A DNA stretch of 63,923 nucleotides, filler included, from Octopus bimaculoides (GCF_001194135.2; 5 parts of 4 records of this genome joined end to end with filler, not necessarily neighbours in it); one strand, 5' to 3'. Counted from the whole stretch's first letter, positions 27,656-41,459 are shown. Notes: generated by a model not told the origin, from the letters alone. A program made the numbers and translations.

Positions 27656-29124
27656 TGAAAGTGCATGGCTATGTGGTTAGGGTGTTCGGTTCATGATCGT
27701 AAGGTCTTAAGTTTGATTCCTAGACTGAAAAGCGTGTTGTGTCTCATTTTGCGGTGCTTGAGTCTACTCAGCTGCAAATGAGTACTAGCTTGTTGCTAGT
27801 CCACCCAACTCTCCCTCCAGCTATTACATTCTCGGTGTTCTGCTAGGTCAAGGGTGGGAAGGTCAAAGGGTCTACGTCCGCTCGTGACTACATAAACTAC
27901 TAAAACAATTAGCGAAGGCTTGGTTGTAAGATTGGTAGAAGAGTTACACAGGAGAACCAGAATGATAGAAATGAGGGGGTGATAAAAGCGTGAGAAGATA
28001 GGAAGGAAGTGATAGCTGCATTGTAGTCGTTGGTAATAAGACTGAAGAGAAACTGAGTATAGAGAGACCAAAGCAAAGGCATCTCATGTTACACAAACGG
28101 CATGATGGGAGAAAAAATAATAGCAGACAGAAACAGTGACAGGTGAGGGCTGATGGATAAATTAGAGAACAACAAGAGAAGGGGAGAGCGGTAAATGAAC
28201 ATAATGGTCAAGACAGACCCAAATACATCTGAATCTTCACACATTCGTCATAATTTTTACGTTCGTCCGTCCGTCCGTGTGTGTGTGTGTGATATTCAAA
28301 CGCAATTTCAGCTACAAACCCCATACGAGAAAAAAAGAAGGTAACTGAACCATGCCATTTCTATAGTCCACAGACCGTAACAATTAAACACAAAGTAGAC
28401 TTGTCAATCTTGGGCAGCTTCAAGAGAAGACGTATTTTCAAATTTTGTCTATACTTCGGAATAGAGAAACACACACACACATGTCGTCTTTTATGCAGGT
28501 ATATATATATGTATATCTATGTATGTACACGTATGAATATCTATCTATACGTGTGCGTTTCTGTGTGCATCTATATGTGTGTGAAGGCGCGCAGCTTAAT
28601 GGTTAAGGTGTTTTGCTAATAATCTTGAGGTCGTGGGTTCGACTTTTTGATCGGGCAACGCGTCGTGCCCTTGAGCAAGGTGCTTTATTTCACGTTGCTA
28701 CAATCTACTCGGCCAAGAGGCCATGAATGTATGCTCTTTGTGGAGAAGGTAGGACACTTGTCATGCTGATGACGCCCACTGGGGCAGAAACTGGTGTTCA
28801 CGGCTCTCTTCTTATCTCCAAACAAAAGCTCTCTCCTTTTCCTTAATGGTATGTATGTCAGCATTAGAAGACCTTTCATTCTTAAGATTATCTCCCCTTC
28901 TTATATGGGAACCAGTCTCAAATGCCTTCCAGTAATTGTGATCCACCCTCTAAAAGCGGTGATAATTTTAATAAATCAAAAATTTATATTGTATGGTATT
29001 TCATATACCTCTATTTCTCTATGTTGTTCATATACAGGGTACTGGCCACTGGGTTATTTCTCTTAGTCCATTGTTGTTTTATATATACGTAACATACATT
29101 AAACATATATCTTTTATCTTCTAT

Positions 29125-29432
29125 TTTTTACTTGTTTCGGCCATTAGACTGTGGCCATGCTGGGACATTGAGATGAAGAAATTTGTTTAGTCAAGTAAAT
29201 CGACACCATTACTTATAAGTTACGGGGACGTAAACAAACTAATACCGGCTGTCAAGCAGTGATCTCACGCACACACACACATGACGGGCTTATTTCAATT
29301 TCCGTCTACCAAATTCATTTACAAGGCTTTGGTCGGCACGAGGCTATATTAGAGGACACTGTGCCAAGGTGCCACGCAGTGGAACTTAACCTGGAATCAT
29401 GTGGTTGGGAAGCAATCTTCTTACCACATGCA
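29125..29432 (-). mobile_element. SINE family B
   Basis: TTTTTACTTGTTTCGGCCATT...CCGTCTACCAAATTC...GGTGCCACGCAGTGG. Confidence 0.75.
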
Positions 29433-29508
29433 TATCTAAATATATAAACATATATTTGTTTATATGTATGTTTATATGTATGTGTACATAGATACGTACA
29501 CACGTACG

Positions 29509-29590
29509 TACATACATACTTACATACATACGTACATACATACATACATACATACATACATACATACATACATACATACATACATACATA
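29509..29590. repeat. (TACA)n array at the 5' junction of the R4/Dong-like LINE
   Basis: Direct inspection. Confidence 0.92.
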
Positions 29591-32200
29591 GTTTTGGAAC
29601 GAAGAGAAGGAATTTAACCAAGATGCTCTGTGGCTGGTAGAAATCCGAAAAGTTATTGCTCCTGCATTACATCCAAGACATACAATATTGATGGTGAAAC
29701 TCTTGCAACTGTGATCCAGAAACTCCAGAATGGAAAAGCACCTGGAAGAGACTTGATTGTTGGATATTGGTACAAGAAGTTAACATTCTACCGACCATAT
29801 CTTACCAATCTGTACTAGCAAGCTTTTATTGGCAACAGTAGCATACTGCACTGGTTAGCTCGGGCAGAGGAAATTGATCCCCAAATGCAGAACCACCCAC
29901 ATAGCAAAAAACTACCAGCCAATTGCATGCCAGAACTTAATGTATAAAATATATACAGCATGTTTAAACCTCTTCCTCCAGTACCATTGTGAACCAATAA
30001 CATTATCACAGAAGAACAAGCAGCTGTGAAGAAGGGAATCTGGGGATGTGTGAGCAATTGTTAATCGACAAAACTATGATGTCAGAGGTGCGAGAGTATA
30101 GGAGGAACCTAGTTTCAATGTGGCTAGACTACAAGAAAACCTTTGACTCTGTTCCCAACTCATGGATGCTAGAAGCCCTTCAACTTGCAGTGAGAATAGT
30201 CAAAGCCGTAGCTGACCTGACTTCATCTTGGGTCACTATCTTGAAATTAAACACAAAGAGTGAATGTATTATCACCGATAGAATGCAAAATCGCACAGGC
30301 ATATTCCAAGGAGACAGCCTCTCTGTGATGTTGTTTATACTTTCCTTAAACCCCTTGTCATTCATGTTAAGGGAGTCTGAAGGATATCTCACTGGTTCAC
30401 AAGGAAACAGAAATACCAAAATTATACACTATTTCTTTGTGGATGACTTGAAACTTTATGCAAAGAATATGCATGAAATGAAAAAGAGCCTTAACCTAGT
30501 TATAACTTTCTCAAAGGATGTAGGATTGGAGTTTGGTCAGGATAAATGTTATATGGTTGTGAAAAGGGAGAAAACTATAAACCAGACTAGTAACATCTCC
30601 ATTAATGATTTGACTGTTTCCCATGTATCTGATGAGGAATGTTACAGGTATTTAGGGGTGGATGAAAATATATCTTACAATAGCACCTGTCATTAAAACA
30701 CGTGTCACAAAAGAATATTACTGCCAAATAAAGAAAATTTGGACCTCAGAACTCTCAGCATTCAATAAAACTGGCCCACAATGTGTTTGCAGTGCCAGTA
30801 CTCATACCAACATTTGGGCATGATGAGATCTGAGTCATTGATGTGAAAACCTGAAAAATACTAACAAGCACATGTAATTTCCATATAAACAGTGACATAG
30901 ATTGCCTCTACCTAAAACAAAAACAAGGCAGAAGAGGCTTAACATCGATCCAAAATGCCTTTGAATGTCGCATCATATCCCTTCGGCAACACCTTTTAAC
31001 CACCAAGTGTTGAAGAGCATCCCTTGACCAAGTTTGCATACATGAGGCTGATAACATCATAAGACTTGGAAGGCAGCTCCTCGAACAACACTCTTTGTCT
31101 GATAACCTAGAATACATGCCCAAAGAAGTCATATGATTCTACTGCAATGTATCATCAGATGAAAGGATGAGTCTATATGAGCAGAAGACTATGCATGGAT
31201 ATGTTACTAGAAAGCTCCGTGATGACAGTAACATCGATCATCAAAGCAGTTTATCATGGATCAATAGCCGGATTACTACCTCCCACTTTGAAGGGTATGC
31301 ATTTGCAATCCAGGAATAGGAAATACCAACCAAGTACTTGATGCACAAAAGGGAAAGAGATGCGGGTAAAGTAGTAAAGTGTGACAACCAATGCAGACTC
31401 TGTGGAGTTCACACTGAAGATATCGCCCACATTATAAGTAGTTGTCCGACAATGTCATCACAGTATTATCTACTGATGACACATGATGTTGTAGCTAGGA
31501 CATAAAATTCATCAGAAGGATAATCCCGAGGACAAAGAAATAAGAACCCACAATATGGTAGAAACCATAGCCACTCATAATAAAAAGGAATACTGGTGGA
31601 AAGTACCAGTGAAGACCTCAATAAAATGTAAGCACAACAAACCTGATATAATGATTTGAGATAGAGAAGAGAAACTGTGCACAATTGTGGAAATTAGCTG
31701 CCCTGTGGATGTTAACATAAAGCTGATGATCAATGAAAAAGAGAACACCTATGCTGAACTATTGAGAATTCTGCAGTTACTCTATCCAGGTTACAAGTTC
31801 AGGTTTATACCTGTAATTATTGGGGCCCTGGGGTATGTAACATACTACCTAAATACCAATCTTGAGAAATTAGGCTTCTCAAAACCAGAAGGGAGAAAGC
31901 TAATTTGAAGACTACAGATCCAATCCATCACTGGAACTATAAAAATCTGTAAAACTTACCAGAAGTGTATCATTTAAATAGATATGAGCATGTCTAGATA
32001 TGCATCTATATGCATGAGAATACATTTATAAAACATACAAATCTGCACATACATACATACATACACAAACACAAACATGTACATACATACATACAAACAA
32101 AAATACCCTGTTGTTGATGTTGAAATTCCAATGAAGGAGCCTTGGATCTAAGTTAGAAAACGATTCTTTCTCTATTGGCAAGAATCTTGAAATAACTGAC
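29591..32200 (+). mobile_element. 5'-truncated, decayed non-LTR retrotransposon of R4/Dong-like type (RT + CCHC + restriction-like endonuclease)
   Basis: ORF 30046-30696 has RT motifs (WLDYKKTFDSV, GIFQGDSLS, FVDDLKLY). Downstream frames give CRLC...HIISSC...HD (~31390-31490) and KHNKPDIMI...EISCP (~31630-31700), an RLE PD..E motif. Multiple stops and frameshifts. A 3' UTR follows. Confidence 0.85.
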
Positions 32201-32271
32201 TAAGGATATACATGCATACATACATACACACACACCCATCCATCCATCGATCCATCCATCCATCCATACAT

Positions 32272-32304
<33 letters not shown>

Positions 32305-33363
32305 TACATACATACATACATACATACATACGATGGTAGTACTGTGGTTACGTGAGCTAATAGACTTTTTGAAATCTTGGGATCAGTGGGAAAATACATT
32401 TAAATAAAAATAGCAGTTGATATCTAAAAGGTTTGGGGACATTTCTGAAGAGACTTACTATAGAGAACCTAACTGAAATGTTGCTTCACCAGCATTCATG
32501 CACAGTGCTTGATTTATTTTCCGGGAATGATCGATAAAATAAATACAATGAAGTCAATAAAATCCGTATAATCAGACTGGAGTCGATTGAGAGACGACTC
32601 ATTTACAAAAATTAACTTTCAGATAGTCATGACTTAGTTGACTTTTTCAATGTTTTCCAATTTTAATTACATTATGTTTCAGGAGATAGGTGAATTTGTG
32701 ACGTTCAATCTTTTTCCCAAAGTCAGCTACATGAATGAAAAAAAAAAAAAAATACTAATAATCTTGTCTATTGATTCACCTTGTTATTAATTTTTTTTTT
32801 ACTTTTCTGGCGATCGTGGGTGTGTATGTGTGTGTGTGATGACAGTACAGCCGAGTGGTCATGTGATGATGAGGATGATGATGATGGCGGCGGTGGTAGT
32901 GGTGATGATGATAATAATAATAATAATAATGATAATAATAATGATAATAATAATAATAATGATGATGATTATGATGATGATGATGGCTAAACACACGCAC
33001 GCTTTCACCACCACTAGGAAACCATTGAATGATTAATTACTATATATGTAGATTTCAAAATGTATCTTTAAAAAGAAATGAGGCCTAAGAAATAACAAGA
33101 TGTTACATGCTTCGTTCAACTATCACAGTAGGAAAACATAGATAAAAATGAAAATAAAAAAACCAAAACGAAAACAAAAACACAAATGTCTGTGAAATTA
33201 TTAGGCTGCCATTGCTTCCTCTACTGAAGAAAGCAACAAGTCGTTTGATTTTCCAGCACATTTGAGCATGCGTAGCAAACTTTCGAGAAAGTACCTCCTA
33301 CAAAAACGACGAAGCTTCGTGGTTTTCTCTCAGTGAAGGAATTCCAATACCTAATATGGTAAT

Positions 33364-33474
33364 TGACGTCAAAAGAAAGGAAGTTCCTTGCCAAAATAAA
33401 ATAACGTCACAGCGTGGGTGTCCGCTATTCCAATGACAAAACGAAAAGGTCTATTCCATATTAGTGTGACGTCA
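33364..33474. promoter_or_regulatory. Cluster of CRE/ATF-type sites in non-repetitive DNA
   Basis: Full TGACGTCA palindromes at 33364-33371 and 33467-33474 and a CGTCA half-site at 33405-33409. Function is not demonstrated. Confidence 0.35.
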
Positions 33475-33845
33475 GAAAATTCATAATTTTGTTGCTACTC
33501 TCTCTACTCTATGCGAATCTCATACCACTCCCTCACATCTCATCCTACCTTCCTCTATCCATCCACCATCGATTGTCACAGCAGGCTACACGTGACAGTT
33601 AAACAGTAGCTCGAGAAATACAAAACACGAAGGGAGAATTCGAAGTAATGAGGCTAGTGAGTGATAGAAAGAGGAAGGAGAGAATGAGAGGAGACGAAAA
33701 CATAAAATGACCTTAAGAGATCAAGATTATTTCTCTCTAAATCAAGCACACACACATACACACGTGTATATATGTATTTCTCATATAAAGTGTCTGTATA
33801 AACGCACACATACACACTGTGAAAGATAGATAGGTAGATAGATAG

Positions 33846-33881
<36 letters not shown>

Positions 33882-34065
33882 GACTTTAAAATATAGTTTT
33901 TTGTATACAATCGATGTAATTTTTAATTCAGAAAAATTTTGCAGCGAAATGCGCTAAATTAAAAGTAATGTAAAATATAAACCTACGTGCATCTCTCTGT
34001 AGGGTGTTTGTATGTGTGCGTACATGTGTGTGTGTGTGTGTGTATGTGTGTGCACCTCATATTTT

Positions 34066-34382
34066 ATCTTTTCTTGTTTCAGTCATTGGAAAGCGGCTGT
34101 GCTGGGGTTCCGCCTTGCAGGGTTCAGACGATCGACTCCAGAAATTTATTTATACAAACCAACTTCAGTTGCCAAGCCATGTTGGCCGACACACACACAC
34201 ACGTACTGGTACTTACATGACAAGCTTCTTTCAGTTTCCGTGTACGAAATACGCTCACAAGACTTTAGTCGGCCAAGCACTATAGTATAAGACAGTTGCT
34301 CTAGGTGCCACGCAGTGAAACTGAATCCAAGACCACATAGTTAGGAAGTAAACTTCTTCATCATTCGGCCACGCTTGCGCCT
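34066..34382 (-). mobile_element. SINE family B
   Basis: TTCTTGTTTCAGTCATTGG...CTTCTTTCAGTTTCCG...GGTGCCACGCAGTG. Confidence 0.7.
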
Positions 34383-34391
34383 GCCTACCTG

Positions 34392-35337
34392 NNNNNNNNN
34401 NNNNNNNNNNNNNNNNNNNNNNNNNNNNNNNNNNNNNNNNNNNNNNNNNNNNNNNNNNNNNNNNNNNNNNNNNNNNNNNNNNNNNNNNNNNNNNNNNNNN
34501 NNNNNNNNNNNNNNNNNNNNNNNNNNNNNNNNNNNNNNNNNNNNNNNNNNNNNNNNNNNNNNNNNNNNNNNNNNNNNNNNNNNNNNNNNNNNNNNNNNNN
34601 NNNNNNNNNNNNNNNNNNNNNNNNNNNNNNNNNNNNNNNNNNNNNNNNNNNNNNNNNNNNNNNNNNNNNNNNNNNNNNNNNNNNNNNNNNNNNNNNNNNN
34701 NNNNNNNNNNNNNNNNNNNNNNNNNNNNNNNNNNNNNNNNNNNNNNNNNNNNNNNNNNNNNNNNNNNNNNNNNNNNNNNNNNNNNNNNNNNNNNNNNNNN
34801 NNNNNNNNNNNNNNNNNNNNNNNNNNNNNNNNNNNNNNNNNNNNNNNNNNNNNNNNNNNNNNNNNNNNNNNNNNNNNNNNNNNNNNNNNNNNNNNNNNNN
34901 NNNNNNNNNNNNNNNNNNNNNNNNNNNNNNNNNNNNNNNNNNNNNNNNNNNNNNNNNNNNNNNNNNNNNNNNNNNNNNNNNNNNNNNNNNNNNNNNNNNN
35001 NNNNNNNNNNNNNNNNNNNNNNNNNNNNNNNNNNNNNNNNNNNNNNNNNNNNNNNNNNNNNNNNNNNNNNNNNNNNNNNNNNNNNNNNNNNNNNNNNNNN
35101 NNNNNNNNNNNNNNNNNNNNNNNNNNNNNNNNNNNNNNNNNNNNNNNNNNNNNNNNNNNNNNNNNNNNNNNNNNNNNNNNNNNNNNNNNNNNNNNNNNNN
35201 NNNNNNNNNNNNNNNNNNNNNNNNNNNNNNNNNNNNNNNNNNNNNNNNNNNNNNNNNNNNNNNNNNNNNNNNNNNNNNNNNNNNNNNNNNNNNNNNNNNN
35301 NNNNNNNNNNNNNNNNNNNNNNNNNNNNNNNNNNNNN
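34392..35337. other. Sized assembly gap (946 N)
   Basis: Run of N; hides the outer end of the inverted Penelope-like repeat. Confidence 0.95.
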
Positions 35338-35535
35338 ATGATCCATATAATTTCAAAACAATAGAACAATCCATGCGTGCAGTGGGAACACGTCTATTTG
35401 CCAGCCGAAACTTGGCTCTGAATGGAAGAAAGCAGAACCATTAAAGAGGTGGGAGTGTATAAGAATATAGTGAGTGTGGGTGAGATGAGATTTATGGCCA
35501 TCAACCTAGCTAGTGGCCAGTCAGGATGTAAGTTT

Positions 35536-35768
35536 ATTATTTCTTTATTGCCCACAAGGGGCTACACACAGAAGGGACAAACAAGGACAGACAAACGGAT
35601 TAAGTCGATTATATCGACCCCAGTGCGCAACTGGCACTTATTTAATCGACCCCGAAATGATGAAAGGCGAAGTCGACCTCGGCGGCATTTGAACTCAGAA
35701 CGTAACAACAGACGAAATACCGCTAAGCATTTCGCCCGGCGTGCTAACGTTTCTGCCAGCTCGCCGCT
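35536..35768 (-). mobile_element. SINE family C inserted in the Penelope-like element, 12-bp TSD GGATGTAAGTTT
   Basis: TSD at 35524-35535 and 35769-35780; the paralogous arm at ~39590 lacks the insertion. Confidence 0.9.
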
Positions 35769-37284
35769 GGATGTAAGTTTGTGACAATTTGTGTCAGGAT
35801 GTAAGTTTGTGACAATTAAATGGTTCGTTATCAACGACTAAAGATGAAGTGTAGGTGATAATATATGTATCTTTTTATGTGTTTTACTTTTATTCGTTTT
35901 ATCACTCTGGGGTTAGAGGGATAAATAACTAGAATTGAATTCAAGACAAAGAAAATTGAGGCAATTAAGTAGAGATATGAGGGCAGCATACCCTTGTTAA
36001 AAATTAAGATTCTAAGAGAGGCGGGGAGAGATATCGTTCAAAATTTAGGGTAAAGCAGGAGATGATGGTTATGTAGGGGGAGTGCTTGATTTGAACTTAG
36101 ATGATTAGGTTTAATAATTGTAGAATGGTAGTATCATATGCGAATACTTTTGCTTAAAATTTCTCATCTATTACAAAAGATAAAATAAATATAATACTAT
36201 TAGTTAGAAGAAATTTAATTGAATTTGAAGGCAGGCTATGAACTAGGAGTGATCCCCACCAACACTTTTGATATAGCCATGGGATCGAGTGACTCGGCCC
36301 AGGTTACTGACATTGTAAGAATCTACCGCCTATATTGCCTTAGAAAAGAATTCCCAAATATTCGTGGCGGTCTATAAGGGATGACTCTCTGTTTGTCATA
36401 CCTAGTAATAGCAAAGTTATCCTAAAGAGAACGCATAAAAAAAATTAGAAAATTCTTCCGTAATTTTAACTTCGACCTTACTTTCGAACAAGGAACTAAA
36501 ATCGTTAATTTCTTAGATGCCACATTAAACCTTGAATCCGGATTATACTACCTCTATAGAAAACCGGATTAAATCAGTAAATATATTAGTAAATTCTCCA
36601 ATCACCCCCACCCCATAATGAACTTTTTAGGAAAAGGTATTTCACGTATTACACAGTATTCTAAATTCCTACTCTCATTTTTATAATCTGGCCCTTTCTA
36701 TTACAGGCTATAAGCAAGAAATTGTATATGAAAACTCTGGAACTATTAAAAACTATAATCTCAATATTGATAGGTGTACTGAAGGTAATGATGATGGCAA
36801 TAACGTGATAACACATAACCGGGCAAATATGATGAATCCTACCAGATCAAATCTCCCAAACAAAATATTGCAGTACACACGAATAACAAAGGAAAAAATA
36901 TTAACACCCTAGACCGCGGGAGTGGAATTAGCGAGCCTAATAAGCTCCTTAATAGCGTAAATAAAAACAAAAATGATAAAAATAATAAACGTAATTGTGC
37001 TAGCGATGGAGTCCAAATAGTAACAAATCCACATGCTAGAAGAAAATTGCGAGAGATAGTAACAGAAAGAATAGCAACTGTCAAACTAATAGGGACAGCG
37101 ATGTTAACGGTAATAACACTAACAATAACAAATGTACATCGCACAGATTCGGAACTGATCATAGGAATAAGAAGAGTAGGGGACACAAAAGGAAAAAAAT
37201 GAGAAAAAGTTACGTAATATGGTGTAATCCGCCTTTCAGTTGCGTAATATGCACTAACTTATGGAGTAAATTATTTAGTATATT

Positions 37285-37473
37285 CTTTTCTACTCTAGGC
37301 ACAAGGCCCGAGATTTTGTGGGGAGGGGGATAGTCGATTAGATCTACCCTAGTACGCAACTGGTACTTAATTTATCGACCCTGAAAGAATGAAAGGCAAA
37401 GTCGACCACGGCAGAATTTGATCTCAGAACGTAAAGACAGACGAAAGGCTGCTATGCATTTCGCCTGTCGTAC
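37285..37473 (-). mobile_element. 5'-truncated SINE family C variant, 17-bp TSD AAATTATTTAGTATATT
   Basis: TSD at 37268-37284 and 37474-37490. Removing it restores the PLE frame (...LWSKLFSILKNFPPSHKY). Confidence 0.88.
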
Positions 37474-40126
37474 AAATTATTTAGTATATTAAAGAACTTC
37501 CCTCCGTCACATAAATATAACTACTTGCTCTCCCGTAAAGATATTAGGGTTTCCTATTCAACTCTTCCTAATCTAGGCACCATTATAACTGACCTAAACA
37601 AAAAGTAGATAACCATAGCCCGAAGCATCGGTAATAATGTCCGTAATTGCGTTGCACCAACTAATGATACCAACAATAATAATAATTGTCGTAACACCAT
37701 CAACTTAATTGACACTTATACTAAACATACCAATATCTCTGCTGAGCTGATTCTAATGATAATGGTTGCAAATTTTTCCACAGGGGCAGCCCTTTTGGGG
37801 GTGAGTCAGCTTACTACAACTAATATTAGCAGTGATACTTCTTTTCTACTCTAGGCACAAGGCCCGAAATTTTTGGGGGAAGGGGCCAGTCGATTACATA
37901 ATGGAATGTCGGAGTCGTAATCAATGTGTAATGATTGGTTCTTCTTTCATAGCCATGATGTAAAGATGAAAGAACATTGATTGAAGTTGTGAAGAAAATA
38001 TTTATTTACCGTTACATCGAATATACCTTGCCTCGACGGGCAGGTGATAAGATCGTAGAACGTGCGAAGTAAAAAAAAGTTAATTTCGGCCTGTATGTTC
38101 GTATTGTAGTAGTAAACCATAGAGAGAGATATGGTAATGTACAGAGAAGACAAAGTGAGTTAGTGAAGGTGAGAGAGTGTAGGAAGTTGGGTCTCATAGC
38201 TACTGACAGTAAATTTCATTTCTCCATTTGACAATTGACTTTAGTAGCTGCCTTGCTTTGGATCATGATTCTAGCGTTCTGCTCCCTAACTGATGGTAGC
38301 TGTCTCTGACTCAAGTTTGTCATTCATTAACTAACTGATTAAGTTGTCATGAGCAGACTAACTCAGTTGTCACCAAGTCACTAATTAATTTTTGCTTGGG
38401 GTTCTTGCTTTTATAACTATCCAGAAGGATAGACATATCGTTGAGAACAATGGGCTTCGTTGGTGGTGCTAGCTAAAGGCATCTGGCATATGTAAAACTG
38501 CTGTCACACCGTGAGAAAAGTTCTGTTGAAGTGTTAATTTAAATTTGGCTATGGTGGATCGAATCCATTTCATGCTTGCAAGATTCACTACACACCTTAA
38601 TAACTTTATTTGTGTAGTGTTTGATAAGTGAAGGGGCGAATTTAATATCTTTAATACTAGGTCTTACCTAGTATTATCGATTTGCGATATCCGAGTATCT
38701 AAACTATAAAATTGCAGTCTATATACTCAAACAAGATTTCCCACTTTCCACTAAGTTCTATCCTTAAGTAACCTTTATACCGAGTAACTATGATTTGTGT
38801 TGTTCATGAGTGTGGACGAATATATCATCTGAACAAATTTAAACTACGATTATGGCGTTCGTGATATGCAACCACGTCCAACCTTTATAATAGCTATGTG
38901 TACATTCAAATTTACTAATAAAATTCACAACCTTCAAACAAACTAAAAAGTAACTAATAGATAACTGCATACTCCGTAGCTTACTACGATATCTGATCTA
39001 ATACTCTCTCTTCTTTTTGTTATTAGGAGATATTTCATATTTTATATTATTCTATCTCTATAATATAAATGAAGGGTAGTACTGTAATAATATTACTCGT
39101 TTTTTCCGTACAAACTACTTATAATTATAATAAGAACAATTTTATCTCAAGTGCATACTTCTTCCTCTCACATGCATATTTGTATATCTCCTGTATTGTA
39201 TCTGTATTTATATTTAACCGCCTGCCTTATATTCCCTTACCAGGAAAAGGCATTCGCACATGATATTACGATTCTACAATTATTAAATCTAATCATCTAA
39301 GTTCAAATTAAACACTCCTCCCTACATGACCATCATCCCATGCTTTAACCTAAATTCTGAACGATATCCCTCCCTGCCTCTCTTAGAATCTTAATCTTTA
39401 ACAGGGGTATGCTGCCCTCATATCTCTACTTAATTACCTCTATTTCCTTTGACTCAAATTCTAGCTATTCATCTCTCTAACCCCAGAGTGATAAAACGAA
39501 TAACAGTAAAACATAAAAAAATACATCTATGATTACCTACACTTCATCTTTAGTCGCTGATTGCGAACCACTTAATTGTCACAAACTTACATCCTGACCG
39601 GCCACTAGCTAGGTTGATGGCCATAAATCCCATCTCACCGCCACTCATTATATTCCTTATACACTTCCATCTCTTTAATGGTTCTGCTTTCTTCCATTCA
39701 AGGCCAGCTTCGGCGCATGGATTGTTCTATTGTTTTGAAATTACATGGGTCATCTGATGAATACGGTTTTTTAAAAATGATGTAATGTACTCACTCATCA
39801 AATAAAAAATATGTAAGAAACAGCTGTAAGGAACTGACATTTATCCATCGTCTATTATTTTTTCTTTGCTAATTATATACCAAAGGGATTCACGACCCGT
39901 CGAACTTCCTAGAGTATACCAAGCATTGTGAGATCTACATACCGCCAGATTTGGACCAGCCCCTGGGCGTTAAATATTCGTAGCATTGGAGTTTCTCAGT
40001 GTGCACAGCCTAAACATTTCACTAGATTACTTCAGTACCGACTAAAGGTGATGCTTGCAGATTAAATCAACCCAAATTGGTGCATATTTAAGTACCCGAT
40101 TCTCTCCAGAACCCTTTATACATACA

Positions 40127-40157
<31 letters not shown>

Positions 40158-40161
40158 GCTT

Positions 40162-40745
40162 TTATTCTTTTACTTGTTTCAGCACCGCCTAGAAGGATTT
40201 TTTGGTCGAATAAATCGACGCCAGGACTTATTCTTTGTAAGCCTAGGACTTATTCTATCGTTTTGTTTTGCCGATCCGCTAAGTACGGGAACGTAAACAC
40301 ACCAGCATCGGTTGTCAAGCGGTGATGGGGGACAAACACAAACACACGCACACATAGATATATACATATATATATACGACAGGCTTTTTTCAGTTTCCGT
40401 CTACCAAATTCACTCACGAGGTTTTGGTCAGCTTGAGGCTATAGTAGAAAACAGTTACCCAAAGTGCCCGGAACCATGTGGTTGGGAAGTAAGCGTCTTA
40501 CCACACAACCACACCTGCGCATATATGTATACATATATGTGCGTGCGCGCGCGCGTGCTTGCGTGCGTGTGTGTATTAGTTTAACGCTCGGGAAGCGTTA
40601 TGTTTTGAGTCTATCAAATTCAATCACAGGGTTTCGGTCGGCTCGGGCCTATAGCAGAAGACACTTGCCCAAGGTGCTACACAGTGGGACTTAACCCGAA
40701 ATCATGTGGTTGGGATGCAAGCTTCCTAACCACAAAGCCATGCTA
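40162..40745 (-). mobile_element. SINE family B copy plus an adjacent second 5' half
   Basis: 40162-40520 is a near-complete copy; 40590-40745 repeats the head region. Confidence 0.75.
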
Positions 40746-41459
40746 TATATACATACATACATACACACACACACGTACACATACGTACAAACATACATAG
40801 ATACATACATATTTATGTATGTAATTATTAATTAAAAAGTATGGAAGATCCTACTTACAAAAAACTATGTACATACAACAAATTAGAGAAAAAGATCTTT
40901 GTAAACCATCGCTTTACCCGGTTTGTCCATTTACGCGGGAACTCTGGGCAAAATGTTATAGTGCATGACCATCCTTGGGACATAAGTGATGTGTGTGTAA
41001 GGTTTGGTGAAAATTGTGGAAATGTACGCGTTACTGTGATTTATATATACTAGATTAGTGCAGTGGATTAACAGATTCGTTAAAGCATCGGGAAAATGTG
41101 CGGTATTTCTTCCTTCTTTCTACCTTCTGGGTTCAAAATCAGTCGCGGTTAATTTTGCCTGTCATGCTTCTGGGATCGATAGGAGGTAGACAGATTACAA
41201 GCATAATTCAGGTACGCGGTCAGCAATTTCTAAAATCTCGTCGACCACAGTACTTTCTCTTCATGTGTGTGTGTACGTGTGTACATACTATTCGTATCGT
41301 GAATTTCAGCAAATGGAAGCACTCAGTACATGTGAGTTTTGAATATTTTATTGACATTATTTTACAAATTTCTTGGCAATAAACTACGTTTCATATTCAG
41401 AGAAAAACGAGGCCTTATCCAAGTCGTCGCCAGTTTCGCATTTAAGTGTTATTTTTTTA

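Larger units (their letters stand above)
35338..39840 (+). mobile_element. Penelope-like element: 5'-truncated RT/linker/3' region preceded by an inverted copy of its 3' end; carries nested SINEs
   Basis: Frameshifted 36200-36650 gives FDIAMGSSDSAQVTDIV, GGLYRDDSL, VNFLDATLNL and YRKP...SNHP. 37200-37620 gives IWCNPPF, KNFPPSHKY and SYSTLPNL. 35338-36151 is an inverted paralogue of 39244-39753. Confidence 0.72.
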
